Below are positions 28,391 to 42,071 of a stretch of DNA of 64,000 nt, in pieces. The notes under the pieces are model-generated. The model worked only from the letters and a program-made list of their open reading frames with translations, did no database searches and was not told the DNA's origin. Both the position numbers and the translations under genes were made by a program. Numbering within the stretch: position 1 is the stretch's first letter; every line of letters starts with the position of its first letter. Source of the DNA: a virus (Duplodnaviria; Caudoviricetes); the IMG/VR virus record IMGVR_UViG_3300046526_000553, positions 64,001-128,000 of that record; one strand, given 5' to 3'.

Positions 28391-31300
28391 CCATACCCCT
28401 TTTTTATATGCACTTAGTTGTCAATCCTAGCGGTGTTATTATGTAGTCAAGCTACTTATTAATCTTAGTTACCGACAGGCTTTTATAAGTGTTAACGTAC
28501 TTGCCATTTTGCCAATTCATGAAACGCCAATTTTGTGGACTTGTCCCGCAAGCCTCTATAAATTTGTGTTCATCAAACTTGTGATATCGTTGCAAGCTAT
28601 TACGCATCCCCAAGGTTAACCCCCAAAGCGTGTCAAGCTCTTTTGCTAAGTCTGCCCGCTCCTGATTATCGTATGATGCTTTGTGCATCCTATACACTGC
28701 TAATGTTGCTCGCGCTTCGCGTTCTATCACACCTGCAATTAATTCAAAGTCTTTTTTTGTCATGTCTTTTGCTCCGTTCTGCTAAGACTGACAACTAAGT
28801 GCATATATTATTTTATTTAAATTGTTAAGTTTCATACTAGCGTTTTATGCTAGTATCTATAGGATACACCAGCATTAAAATTAACGCAAAGTTTAAATTA
28901 CATCATGCTTGTGTATAACTCTGTATCTGTTAAGCATACATTTTACGACGTGCCATTTATTTATAATAACGCTCGTGTATACATCTTTTTAATTTAAAAC
29001 GCTTATATATGCCCTTTAATGCTAATTAAAGCATTTATCCCTAACATCTTATAGCGTGCTATTTTGAGCAATAAAAAACGGGGCATTTCTGCCCCGCTCC
29101 TTAGTATCTGTTACTTTGCTTGTAATGATGTTCCCTTTTCCGTAGCTTCTTTTCAAGCGCGTGCAATTCGCTTAATATCTGCTTGAGCTTGTCCAAGTCG
29201 CTCACGCTCGCATATGTACCGTTTTTAGCTGCATACTGCATATATGCGATATGGTTCGCCATTTCCTGCCCACTCACTTGATAGACACCCGTATATCACC
29301 CAGGTAACCATTTACTGTTTTTGTGCTCAAGTATTTTTTAATATCAATCATTTGATTATTACCTTATCACCACCGTTAATTGATATTTGCGCTTGCCCCT
29401 TGCGGTTTAATGCTTTTCCAATTGACTCATATACAATTGATTCCGGCATTTTATACCCCTTTTATTTATTAGTTTGATAAACCCTTAAGTATCATTAAAC
29501 CCATTTAATAATGATACCCTTTCGACGCTCATACAAGCGCCGTAAGCATACCGCTAGTTAAATACCCCGATGTATCCAAGTATGATAAACGCGACTATTG
29601 CCCCGCCGATTAGCTCATACATGGATATTAGCTGTTTTTGTTTTTGCATTGTTTACATTCCCCGTTTATATGTTTTTTAAATATCCTTGCTAGTGCTATA
29701 GCATAAGCAATACCGATACTATACACCACAAGTAAGAAAATAACCATAGCAATATACATTTTGTTTACCCTTTCATTTTTTACCGATATATATGTTTATA
29801 GCCAGCAATATAATTTGCTTTTTGCCATTACAGCAAGTGGCACATAATTTTATCTCCTTATTATCTTATGCACTTGATACGCTCATACTTGACTAACGGT
29901 ATTACTTTATTTGACGGTTATGTATTTTATTTCTGGTCTTTAAATGAATGCATCCACTCACTAAGTATTGTTCTAGCCTCGTACTTGTCCAATCCAAATT
30001 CATCCATAAGATACGGACTAGCGCCGAACATATTTGTTACACCGCTTTCCCGTAATTCATTTAAATAGTCAAAGTATTCTTGTTTTGTATCATTTGGCAT
30101 GTTGACCTCAATTTCTTGTTAGTCAAGTATTAGCGCATAAGTTACATTTCAAATTGTTAAGTTTCGTATACAAGTATTCAACCTGTATTAATAACGACTA
30201 TACACCAGCACAAATATAAAGCAAGCACTATTTTTATGACTTTTCCACAGGCCGTAAAAAGTGGGTCGTAAAATAATATCACCCCAGTTAAAAACACGAT
30301 ATTTTGCGACGTTCAATAATTCTTACGCTTGTGTATGTGTATTCAACTTTCAATTTTAAACCTCTTACGCTTGAGCCGACCCCTGTTAAATTTGTCATGT
30401 TATAATATACTTTTTATACCATATTACTATATATACAATAATGCTAGTATATGCAAAATGCATTGTATACATGGCTTTTTTATTTTAGTAACTATACATT
30501 TTAATTATTAAAGCTTTTTGCATTTTTTATGTTTTACCATAATAATCGCATATCATTAAATTATGATATATCATGTTTTTTAGTTTGCAGGTTCAATAAT
30601 TGAGTCATTAAATAGTTTAATACATAAAGCTTATGCTTTTTCATGGTATGCCATAACTTGCCCATATGCATAATCAAGTATATAAAAATACCGGCTTGAT
30701 TTGCCGGTATTTTATGTCTTTTAATACTTTTTATTTTTAAACTAATTTCTTAACTCGTATCACTTTTTTTGCACTCGTTAACGCAAGCATTAATTTTTTG
30801 GCTTCTTTTGCGCTCCCGCATTGCACCAGTTGCGCGGGCTGATGTGAGTTTACTATTACTTCATATAGGTGTTGCATCGTTTATTATTCCTTATTACTTA
30901 TTGTCGGATATATAGCGTGTACTATTTGCTTATGCTTAATATACCATTTAACAGTTTTATAGCCCTTTTTACAGTCCAAACAGTTGTAATAGCTCATATT
31001 CTTACTTTACCTCTAGCCAACAATGTGCATCGATATTGTCATTACTACATAAAAATTCACTGCTTGTCAGATTTTCCATATTATAGCACTTATCCCATGC
31101 TTTACTAGCTTTTGCTATCCAATCCCCAGTATTAGCAGTTTTATTATTATGCGCTTGCATGCATGCTTGATATGTAGCCCTATAATCTGATTGTGTAATA
31201 GCTTGAGCTTTTGGCGCTTCGTGCGCTATCAACCCCGCCGTTGCTAGTAATAACAAATAGCTACCACTTAATAACATTGTTGATATTTTCATTTTTACCC

Positions 31301-31745
31301 CTTATTTTTAAATTGCTTTAGTATTATTTTTAATACCTGAGTATATCATAAGCCATTGCTAGTGTATAAGCAAGGGTTTTTTAAGCCATTTTAAGCCTGT
31401 TTAAGCGTAGTTTACTTACTACCCTGTGAATGTATCAAGTATACAAAAACGCCCCTTACGGGGCGCTTGTGGTAGTGGCTAGCTGTTAATCTTATCAAGC
31501 GGTTTTAGTACCCTGTTGATAAGTGTCAGATTATTATGCTTACACTTTACAGTAACAATGTACTATCATCATTACTGTACTTACTATTATACGCTAGTCT
31601 GTACAAAATGTCAAGTATATTTTTAATAATCTTAAACAAAATACGAACAAAAATAAACCACCTATTATAGTGGTTTATTGCCTTGACCTGATGCGACTAG
31701 CCTGGACGTGCCCCAAGGCGTCACGATAAGCCATTATACTAGTTT

Positions 31746-32299
31746 TTATTGATTAATCAAGTGTAACTTAATGCTTGAGTTATACCATGCTCGATAACCT
31801 GAATTTTGAAATATCTGGTATGCATACTTTGCATTATAATCAGGATTAAGCAACAGTTTTGCACTGGGGCGCGAATAAGCAAGTTTGCCGTATCGGTTCA
31901 CTTGAAAACATGACCAACTATCATCATGTGTTATGTCACTGTATAGATGCGCGTTAGGGTTACCACCACTTTCAAGCATCATAATATGTATTGCGTTTGT
32001 CCAGTATTTTTCTGGCCAATACTTTACAATCCCTGCAATGCAAGCGTTACGACTAGCCACCGATACACTAGTGATACGTTTACCCCGTATCACTTGCTTG
32101 CTTTTTGGTATAGTGGCTACTATTTTTTTATTGCGCTCAATTGTGCTTGTACTTGCTGATTAACTGTAACCTGTTGGCTTTTTTCGTAATGTATGCCAAG
32201 TGTAAAGCCGATTGCAAGCATTACCACTGTAAGCAATACCGCCGTTTTTACCTTTTCGACTATGTTTTTGATGTTTTTGTTGTTAGTGAAGTTTTTCAT
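31746..32299 (-). CDS. membrane-anchored lytic transglycosylase (SLT-like), via likely -1 frameshift
   Basis: ESGGNPNA, SWSCFQVN, LLNPDYNAKYAY motifs; upstream 59-aa TM ORF 32120-32299 ends in A AAA AAA TAG. Confidence 0.7.
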
Positions 32300-34945
32300 T
32301 TTTTTACCCTTTTTTTGTTTGTTATTGTTTTATTTGATATTTATTGTATATTTATGTTTTATACAACTTTTCTATAATAGCATAGCGCTTGTGTATAGTC
32401 AAGCTTATTTTTGATATTAAAAAGCGCGACCCCCTTTTGATAGTCGCGCTTTAACTGTTATTTTGCTATTATTGCTTTTCGCCTTTTGCGTTGCTCCACT
32501 TCACGATATAAAACCCGCACAAAATATATTACAATCACTATATAGTACATATGATGTCCCGCTTGCTCAACTATTGCAACAATTTTGTCACCTAGCATAA
32601 CTTCAAGGACAATCACGTTTGCTAATTCGTCAAGCATTTAACCCCCTTTCTATTTGAACTGAGCGCGTCGTATCTGCTCCAGTGGGTCATTGCTATTAGC
32701 GTTAGCATTTTTGTGGTTTACCGCATGGGATAGCAAATCAATACATTCATGCCTTAACCGGTTTTCTAACTTTTGTAATTCTATCCCTATCCCCGCATAT
32801 GACATAACATTCCCGGCACCAATTATTATCGAACATGTTGTATTGTCCTTGGCTTCAAATGCAATTGCCAGTACACCACCCGTGTAACTTTCCAATTCTT
32901 TATTGACTTTTTCCATTATTTCCGCTCGCTTTTCTTGTTTCATTTTTTCGAGTGCTTCGCGACCCCCGGAAAATGTATCCCCACTATATTCCTTATGATT
33001 CACTTTTTTTGATTCGTCACTTGTGTTATTATTCTTTACCATATTTTTAAACTCCTGTAATTATTAATTAATACTAACCATTTTGTTGCATAGGCTCGCC
33101 CCCTAACTTTACAATTACCTCAATCTGTTGACTTGAGCTATCAACAACAATACTTCTTATTACGCTTTGTCCCTGCTTGTCTTCAATTTCGTTTATCTTT
33201 TCAGCTAAATGATACACAAGCGGTCTTTCAAACATATTAAACATGCTTTTATCACGTCTTACAATTACCGGCTGCCAACTCATGACACGACCCGCATTTT
33301 ATTTATGTCTGCTCGCGCTTCAAGTAAATTAGAATAGCATCGCGACAAGTCAAAACGGCTTTGTATATTACCATTGTTGTCAACTTCAACAATCGTTACA
33401 CCATATAGCCTATTGCTATTACCATACCCGCTTGAAAAGCCCGTCCCCGTGCTTAACTCATAGTACATTTTATTGTCATTTTCTTTTGCTAATTCGCCAT
33501 ATTCTAGGATATTCGGTGTCATGAAATTAACACCGGCAAAAAAGCGCTTAATATCTAACATTCTCAAAATATACCCCTTTTCTAACTCGTGACGCTATCA
33601 CGCCCTAAGCTTGTGATATTACCGTTTTTTGTAATATAACCATTATTTATTAAATTTTGGGCGCTTCGACCGTACCAGCCCTGCAAATTCCAACATACCC
33701 CCGTTTTTATCAAGTATGCCCATGCCTCTAATTCTTGTTCTGGGGATGGTTCAAAGTCTGCAAAGCCTTCGACAATCGAACAGGCTGCATAATTATCTAG
33801 TTTTAATTTTGCTTTATTCATTCTCTATATGCTCCTTATATAGTGTTATGTTTAAAATTGCCCTTTCTGGCATATTTTCAGCAACACATAATAAATGTAT
33901 TGCTTTTTGCTTTGTATCAGCGGGGATAGAAAACTGTACAATCCCCTTATCATGTGAAACCGTTGCATGGTATATATTCACGGTTTACACCTTTTCGGCG
34001 CTTACTCGATATGCATTGTCTTTTATATCTGTTACGTAAGTATCCCCGTATTCCCATCCGCCATATGTAAACGGGGACTTTACGGCACAATACCAGCGGG
34101 CATATTGTTTATTATCATCAACTTGCCACTTCTTAAGTACCCGCCATTCCCAACCTTGCCCGTTTTGCCATATCTCATATGGATTTTCAACAGGACGTGT
34201 TTTTGCTTGCGTATTTTTCATAATCGTTATGCTCCTTATGTTCAAACGCTCCAATTAATATTACTATTCAACTTCAATGCATTTTCTAAAAACTCAATAA
34301 GCAAGTCTAAGTGCTCACGTGTGAACTTATCATTTTCGCTACTTAAGTTTTGTAATTGCTCACTTTCGTAGTCTTCAAAACTTAAATGCTCATATTTTGC
34401 AATGGCTTTTTTGGCTTCTTTTACCCGCTTGAGCAATTCAGTTATGCCCTTTTGGTTTAAGTCCCTATCTTTAGTAAAATACCCCTTTTCTGTTGCTTCA
34501 CTGTCAAACTGCCACCAGCTATAAGTTTTCCCTAGCGTGGCACTTAATACCGCAAAAAGTCCATAGCTGTTATATGCATCTCGAAAATAGCCACTTTCAA
34601 CAGCTTTTTTACTTACTTCAAAGCCACCAGCAGGATTTTTTGCCTTAATTAGTGTTAAGTCTGCCCCCATACTTTATGCTCCTTAATTATTATATGTTTA
34701 CAAAATTCCTGTTTCGACCAATACCGCTACCCCAAGTAATACGGCTGCAATTGCTAGTATTACATCTGTTGTATACGTTGCAAATTTATCGAAATCCATT
34801 TGTACCCTTTCATTTGTTAAATTAATATTACCCCTTAACTATACACCAGCGATATATCATAGCAACGTTTAAAATACAATAATTTTTTACCCCTGTTAAC
34901 TGTTCATAACTTGACTTCTCAATCTGTTAAAGTTAAAATAATTTT

Positions 34946-35191
34946 ATGCCAGGTTTGAAAAAGCGCAAAAAACAATCTTTAAAAACTTTCAATTTTAAAC
35001 AGCTAGCACGTAAAAGAGTATTTCTAGCCCTTAATCGGGGTAGAATTACAAAATTAAGCTGTGAAGTATGTAACGACCCTGATACGCAAGCGCATCATAA
35101 CAATTACAATAAACCCCTTGAGATTAGATGGTTATGCAAAAAACATCACTACCAATTGCATAAAGTTATGAGAGAATTACTAAAAAAATAA
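34946..35191 (+). CDS. small HNH-like Zn-binding protein
   Basis: CEVC...AHHNNYNKPLEIRWLCKKHH. Confidence 0.75.
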   Translation: MPGLKKRKKQSLKTFNFKQLARKRVFLALNRGRITKLSCEVCNDPDTQAHHNNYNKPLEIRWLCKKHHYQLHKVMRELLKK

Positions 35192-35344
35192 AATCAAGTG
35201 TAGAATTTACACCAGCGTTGCCACCTCTGTTGCCACCTCTGTTAAATGCTTGTGTACAAAATATATAATCGGCGTATAATTATAAGATGTAATACTGAGG
35301 TATAGCATAAGTATTATACGTAACATTATTGCTATTTTTACGAA

Positions 35345-35825
35345 AGGAGTTTTAAAAATTAAAAACCTCGAAAATGTGAAAAGTCAAATTTTTAAAGCTC
35401 ATTTACTATAGTACGAAATTTTTTTGACCTCGATAATGCAAGTCTGAAATTTTTTGCAGTACATTATTTTCGATACGGAAAATTTTGCAGTACCAAATTT
35501 TTGAACCTTAATTTTTTTGACCTCATAATTTTAAAATCCAAATTTAAAAACCTACGAAAAATTGAAAATCAATTTTGAAAAGCTACCAAATTTCGTAACG
35601 CGATTTTTTTGAGCTACCAAATTTTCAATTTTAATTTTCAATACCTGCAAAATACAAATCCAGATTTTTTTTGACCTCTAAAATTCGCGACCAGAAAAAA
35701 ATCGAGTACCAAAATTCACATCGTGAAATTTTTGCACCTCATAATTTTGCAAGTCAAATTTTTAAAGCTGTATTTTTTACAGCTAAAATTTGAAAAGCTC
35801 ATATGCTATATAATGAATAGCAAAA
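35345..35825. repeat. degenerate AT-rich ~30-bp tandem repeat
   Basis: recurring AAATTTTT(G/A)ACCTC/AGCT..AAATTT.. units. Confidence 0.6.
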
Positions 35826-36700
35826 ATTGCAACTTTCATTTTTTCGGCAATTTTTGTTGTATAAATTATATTGTAAATATTACTATGATATTATCCCATT
35901 TTATTGACTTTTTGTCAAACTTATGGTAAAGTATAGAATATTTATATTATAATATATTTTTGACAATTTGTCAATTTTATTGAAAAATAGGGAGGAGAAC
36001 GTTGTAAAATTTAAAATTTCCAGGGATGACGCAAAATTATTTCCATTGTCGCAGGAAGTTTGCGAAAAATGTTTTATTGTAGGATTCAAAAAAATTTTCA
36101 TTGTTGGAAACTATTTTCAATTTGTAATAAAATTTTTCTTGAGTAAAAAAACTATTTTTACCTTTTATCATAATTCAATTATAGGACATAAAATCTAATT
36201 TGTAAATAGGGATATATCTATAGGAATTTGGCTTATAAATTCGCCAAAGATATAATATAATATGGAGATGATTTTAAGCTTGAGCCATTATTTATATTAT
36301 GATAGTTCCCAAATCTGTTTTGGTTGATTTCTCGATTGATTTTGGTAATATCTTTGGAGATACGTATGAATAGATTGAAAACACTTCTATTATTAATCTT
36401 TATTTTTTATATGTTTTTAGTTTGGTTATTCCATCAGTTGTTTTTTACTTCGTTTCGATTATGAATTTGTTTTGGTTTCTGTTATGTTTGTTTAGTGAGT
36501 TTGTTTTAAGGTTTAAAAGAGAGTTATGACATATATTTGACAGAAATACCAAGAGGGGGTTTAGGTGGGGTGGGTAACCCCCATCAAAGAGGGTACCTCA
36601 GTGGGGTACGCCCCCAAAACAATGACGGTCTTAAAGTACCTAACTTCCCACCCCAAATTAAAGGATGGTCAAAGCAAAATCTAATTTCAGAATAACATTT

Positions 36701-37201
36701 CTACTTTTTAAACTTTCGACTGTTTGCACTTTGACTAAGCCATTGGATATTATCAATCATATATCCTTTATCACTGTTTATTCTATCAATAGTTGGTGCT
36801 AGAAAAAGAGGAAATTCCTCCGACATCCATTCATTGTAAAGTTTCATGAATTCTTTATAAACATCTTCACGATGACACCAGCCCAAAAAATCCTCTAATG
36901 ATAGTAATTCCCTGCCTTTGGCACTACTACGCCCACCATTCCCACCTTTTACCCTTTTCTTCATACCATTATATCTTTGTCTAAAAATACGTTTAATATT
37001 ATAACGATTACGCTTCTTCTCATAACCTGTATCTGTTTGATATTTCTTAACTTTCGCCTTATTACATTCTTTACATTCTTTCATCAGCCCATCCTTACAA
37101 GCCCTTGCCGTATAGAACTCACTCAGCGGTTTAATCTCATGGCACTTATTACATTCCTTACTTGGTATAGCAAACAAATCTAACTGTTTATATTCGCTCA
37201 T
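36701..37201 (-). CDS. HNH-type endonuclease
   Basis: CNKC..KPLSEFY..CKEC; TIDRINSDKGY..DNIQWL. Confidence 0.8.
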   Translation of the reverse strand: MSEYKQLDLFAIPSKECNKCHEIKPLSEFYTARACKDGLMKECKECNKAKVKKYQTDTGYEKKRNRYNIKRIFRQRYNGMKKRVKGGNGGRSSAKGRELLSLEDFLGWCHREDVYKEFMKLYNEWMSEEFPLFLAPTIDRINSDKGYMIDNIQWLSQSANSRKFKK

Positions 37202-38894
37202 AATAGAAAAATCCCTCTGCCGTGACGACGAAAGGGATTTTAGGTTACACCGAACTATAAGAATAGTACAGCCTTGAACCCTTAGCCGTCAACATTATTT
37301 AGTAGTCGGCAGGGTTACATGTTCGGTGTAGCCATACCTTAACCTAATCATATAGCACGAATATTTCAAATGTCAAATCAAAAAAACACCCCCGATATAC
37401 CAGAGGTGTTTCAAGCCTAGTCAGCATTGCTATTAAATCATATCATGGATAAACTTCTAAAAGATTATACGTTATACCCTCTTTCTCTCTTGTTTTCTTG
37501 TCGATGTTCAAAAGTTCATCAACTTTATCATTTGCATTTCCAATATCCGTAGCCTGAACGGTAATAGTTGAGAACCTATCTCCATACTTATCCATTTTAA
37601 CCTTGAACCTAAAATTATATTCGTCCATGTTATCTTCTCCTTTCATCTGTGACCTTGATAGGGCTATAATAGTTCTCCCTAAAAAGCTATCTTTACTTAT
37701 TGTCATGCTTTCCCTCATCGCTTAAACTTCCGACTATCCGTTGCTTCTTTTTACCGCAACGTTTACAAACACACCTTTGACCATCAGCCACATAACTTTT
37801 TAATGCACTCTCAGCTGGTACGTCTATATAATCTACAAATGGTCGAACTTCTACCGCTACATCTTCCCACTTCCCCCAATCATGAAACAATCTGCAAGCG
37901 TTCATATCCCCCCTAAATAACCTTAAAATACCGATGCATGACCCGTAGAAGATTATCATAATCCCCACTCATGGCTTCATCATTGATTTTTTTCCACTCC
38001 ATACCATTGTCTAATGCCACTCGCCTAGCCTTAGCTAAGATTGCAAACGCATTACCATCCGAACCCGTTAATTTTAGTTGTGGTTTCACATCTATCATTT
38101 ATTCACTCCTCGATACTCACGTATCAATGCTTTAAGTTTAGTGAGCGTGAAAGCGTCTAGCACAATCACGCTGTATGCACGCACTCCGTCCTCAATATAA
38201 GCCGTCCAGCCAGTTTTATGTCGAAATGTGGTAGGTAGTGCGGTTTTTTCGATTGCAGCGCCCATATAGAAGCTATGTGACTCAAAATTAAGGCTCATAC
38301 TCATTTCACATTCCCATCTTTATCTAAACCACAAGCCTCAAAGAATATTTCTCTTTGAAAGTTAGGGTTATCTCTCTCCAAGTTGACAACAAAATTGTTT
38401 ACTATATCCAGCCAATTTCCCATGAATATATTGTAATCGACATCTTGAGTATTCATCGGCATATAATCAGCTAACGTTGCTGCAATCGATTCGTAATCTT
38501 TCTTTGTCATTACTCTACCTCGATTTCTTCATTACTGCACCAATCACTGAACCATACAATGTATGCTGTTGGGTCAAGCTCTTTGACAATCTGTGATGGT
38601 AAAAATTCTAACTCACCGATTACACAACTTCCATAAACCTCATCTAAGTAATCATCATACGAATCTAAGGCTTGTTGTTCTGTTAATTTCTTCATTGTTC
38701 CTCCTTATTCGGTAGTTCGATTAAAAGCTTTTTAGCACTCAATATAATTTCCTGTGTCTTTTCTAAATCCCTTTTCACCTTGTCGTTGTCTTCCAGCGCA
38801 ATCGCTATTTCCAAAGCGTAAGCTATATTGCTGAATAAAGATGTATCTTTACTTGTAAACTCTGCCAAATTCTCCGTATCTAAGAAAGTCACGT

Positions 38895-39500
38895 TCATTG
38901 TTCACCTCCTGAATACTCCACCTCAACTGGTGGATGGTTGATATCAAATACATCATACGGTGAGCCATACTCACCAAAGTTACTAACATCTTCATCTTGC
39001 CAAAAGCAGTTAACGTTCAACCCCATCTCTGTGAGCTTATCGAATATGGCTGATGGTGGACTCCATGCAGTATTAAATTGCAGTACCAACTTTGTTGGAC
39101 TCTCAAGCAATAACTTGGCTTCGTAAGCGCCCCATTTCGTTGACCAATTCGCAATTGCCCATTCATACCAACTATCTGCCCCGTAAACGCTCATACGGCG
39201 CTCCTGTTCGGCTTTTGTGATAGCTTTGATAGTCTGGTCGCTTTTGAACGGGCTATCATCTTTAGCATAGTTTAAATTAATTTTGTCGGCTTCGGCTTGC
39301 GTTGCCACAACCTCTGTCGGTGAAATTGTTTCATTAAGTTCTTTTGGCATAGGTATTATACCGTTAAAGTCAAAATATATTTCACTACCTATTGCTGGTT
39401 GTTCGTTGTTATTGAATTGTTTAATAGTATCCGCCTTGAGTTTAGCGATTGATTTTTCATCACCGCTTATCTCAACCCAATTTGTTATGTGATTTGGCAT
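38895..39500 (-). CDS. DUF1281/YubB ferredoxin-like domain protein
   Basis: MPNH..N, FDFN.IIPMP, WY.W...NW.TKW, F.TAWSPP. Confidence 0.8.
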   Translation of the reverse strand: MPNHITNWVEISGDEKSIAKLKADTIKQFNNNEQPAIGSEIYFDFNGIIPMPKELNETISPTEVVATQAEADKINLNYAKDDSPFKSDQTIKAITKAEQERRMSVYGADSWYEWAIANWSTKWGAYEAKLLLESPTKLVLQFNTAWSPPSAIFDKLTEMGLNVNCFWQDEDVSNFGEYGSPYDVFDINHPPVEVEYSGGEQ

Positions 39501-40949
39501 AGTTTCTCCTTATCCTTAATCTTCATATCCCGTTGCCCAAGCTAACAGCATTGCTATATTAATACAAGCTATGCCCTTACCATCCCGGCAAAGCATGATG
39601 TTGCTTTCCGTATGGTCATTCATAGCATTATCAAAATCTCCACCACCAAAGACTAGCGTCAATTCCTGTTCATCTGGCTCATGCCAATCTTGTCTAACAC
39701 CTAATCGCTTTTTGAGTTCCAACAATTCTTTCTTTGTTCTAATCTGTTGCATCTTACCCCTTTCGTTTACTTGAAAAAATCTTCATCCATGTTATTAATT
39801 TCACCATTATCTAAACTTGCGTCTAGCATAACTTCATTATCACTATTTCGTACTACAGTAATGTTGGCATTACCGCGCCTATCATAGCTCAAAATACCCC
39901 TGTAATTTGCCAGTTTAGGCTGTAATGTGACGTAGTTATCTTCGTATTCTTCAAATTTAGTACCATTCACCTCTACCTTGAAAACTTTATCTAACTTTGG
40001 CATTTTACCCCTTTCGTTTAACTTACTCTACAAGCATACACCAGCAGTAACAATAAAGTCAATGATTTTTTACTTGTTTTTTACATTCCGGCATACTTCG
40101 CAGTTCTTCTACCAATTCAGATTTATGTGATTCCATTGCCAAACGCCATAAAGCCTCTTTTCCAGCTTCAGTTACGTTATCTTGTTCATCAATATAGCCT
40201 GATTCAACCAATAAACAATTTTCATCATCTGAATTTGGCTCATTGCAATAAATTAATATTCTCATAACTAACAGCCAAAATAATACCATACCAATAATTA
40301 TCATTTTACTTCCTTTTCATGGCATACGGCACAAACCCCATTGATATTACAATGCTTACCGTTATTAACTTCGGCAAAACCACAAACATAATAATCCACA
40401 TTACCCCCTATACTGTCGGCAAATTAATGTCTTTAGCTGCTTTCACAACTCCAAACTGCGTAACTATTTCAAACCATTTTGTAATACCAGATTGAATACC
40501 ATTGCCATCTCGACCATTTCCGTTGATACCCACAATTCCAATCTGATAGCCCCAATTCCAACTTGGCGCACTATAAAAACCGGTTCTGTAATAGTTTGGT
40601 TGTATATTACCAAAATATTTCTTAGCGTTATCTATGGCTGTTTCATCTTCCAAGTACCAGTCTTTCAATTCTTTGTAACTTATCGTATTCATGGCTACTC
40701 CCTCAATTTACTTCCGTGTTATATTTATATAATCGCATTCTCTTTAAATTCTCGTACTAAACGGTATTTACGTGCAATTTCGTAAAAAAATGCTTGCCAA
40801 TCCGCTAGTTCACTCCAATACCAATCATGATTACCAAAATCTGATTGCCATTCTATAGCCAAATCCCTTGCTTGTTCAGCATTTTTGATACTGCTTATTT
40901 CAGGTATTATCATTTTAACCATATTTTACCCCCTTATTGTAATCTTAGT

Positions 40950-41545
40950 TAGATTGGATAACCGCTTGTGAGGCTCAAGCGCGTGACTATCGCTTGCTTC
41001 TGTGTCTACCTCGTCACAATAAGAGCTACTTACTGCCGTAGTTTACGGATAACCCCACAAGTTCGGTTATTCAATCTTGATTGAGTAGCCCACTACTGAT
41101 GTAAGATAAAGCAAGAGGCATTCTAACCACGACTCTCTTTTCAGCTTTCTTAGAAGCGATACATAGTAGCTTTAAACTATGTCCTTGCACGTAGTGGATT
41201 ACGCTTACATCAGTAGTGGTGCTAGTAACAGAGGTGCTTAGTTTTAGGTCTTACGTTATTTCGCTTATCCTCATTTTGTGCCCTGACCGTGTACGGCTTT
41301 ACGCTGCCAACGATGACACTTCGCATTGCTACTAGCTTGACCGTATAAGATGACGGATTCGCACCGACCAGCTGGATTTATTCCTTATACAGCCACTTTG
41401 GCTACCCAATTATTAGAAACAAGGGTGAAAGCAAGCCTATTGTGCTTATAAGTGTAGCTGCACGTAGGGCTTCCCACTCTATCCTAAGTGCTTGCTTTGC
41501 CTTGTTATGTTGTACGTTGCTTGTGCCAGTTGCTCAAGTAACTGT
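40950..41545 (-). ncRNA. promoter-driven cluster of five stem-closed RNA modules
   Basis: long stems such as CCACTACTGATGTAAG/CTTACATCAGTAGTGG; promoter TTGACA-17-TATGAT at 41550-41578; no ORFs. Confidence 0.65.
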
Positions 41546-41597
41546 ATGAATCATACACCAGCATAAAAATATTGTCAATATTAATTTTGTATTTCAT

Positions 41598-42071
41598 TTA
41601 TTTCACTCGTTTTATCGTATTATCTATATGTGTAAGCCACTGAATATTCCCTAGAACATAACTTTTAGTATTATCAATCCTATCAATACTTGGACAAAAT
41701 TTAATATTAAAATTTGATATCACCCATTGCTTGTATAACCTTTTAAACTCTAAGAATATTTCAGGTTTATAACACCATTCGATAAATTCTTCTTTGGACA
41801 TTAAATCTTTACCATAAACTTTATACTTTTCTCCCTTTCTTCTATACCTCTTACCAGTAGTTCTACTTTTCATATTGTAATAATGTTGATTAAATATTCT
41901 TTCAATATCGTGATGGTTTCTTGCTAATTCATATTTAGTTATCTTTCGATAATTAGCCGTTCTTTTATTGTTACACTTTTTACATTCATGCATTAACCCA
42001 TCTCTATTACTTTTAGCAGTATAAAATTCAGTGAATGGTTTGAGCATATAGCAAATATTACATTTTTTCAT
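41598..42071 (-). CDS. HNH-type endonuclease (paralog of 36701-37201)
   Basis: CNIC..KPFTEFY..CKKC; SIDRIDNTKSY.LGNIQWL. Confidence 0.8.
   Translation of the reverse strand: MKKCNICYMLKPFTEFYTAKSNRDGLMHECKKCNNKRTANYRKITKYELARNHHDIERIFNQHYYNMKSRTTGKRYRRKGEKYKVYGKDLMSKEEFIEWCYKPEIFLEFKRLYKQWVISNFNIKFCPSIDRIDNTKSYVLGNIQWLTHIDNTIKRVK

Larger units (their letters stand above)
27060..41580 (-). other. early/host-takeover-like region of short leftward genes in promoter-gene-terminator cassettes
   Basis: repeated GCTGGTGTATA promoters, AAGGGGTA RBS, hairpin terminators, many <150 aa ORFs. Confidence 0.65.
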
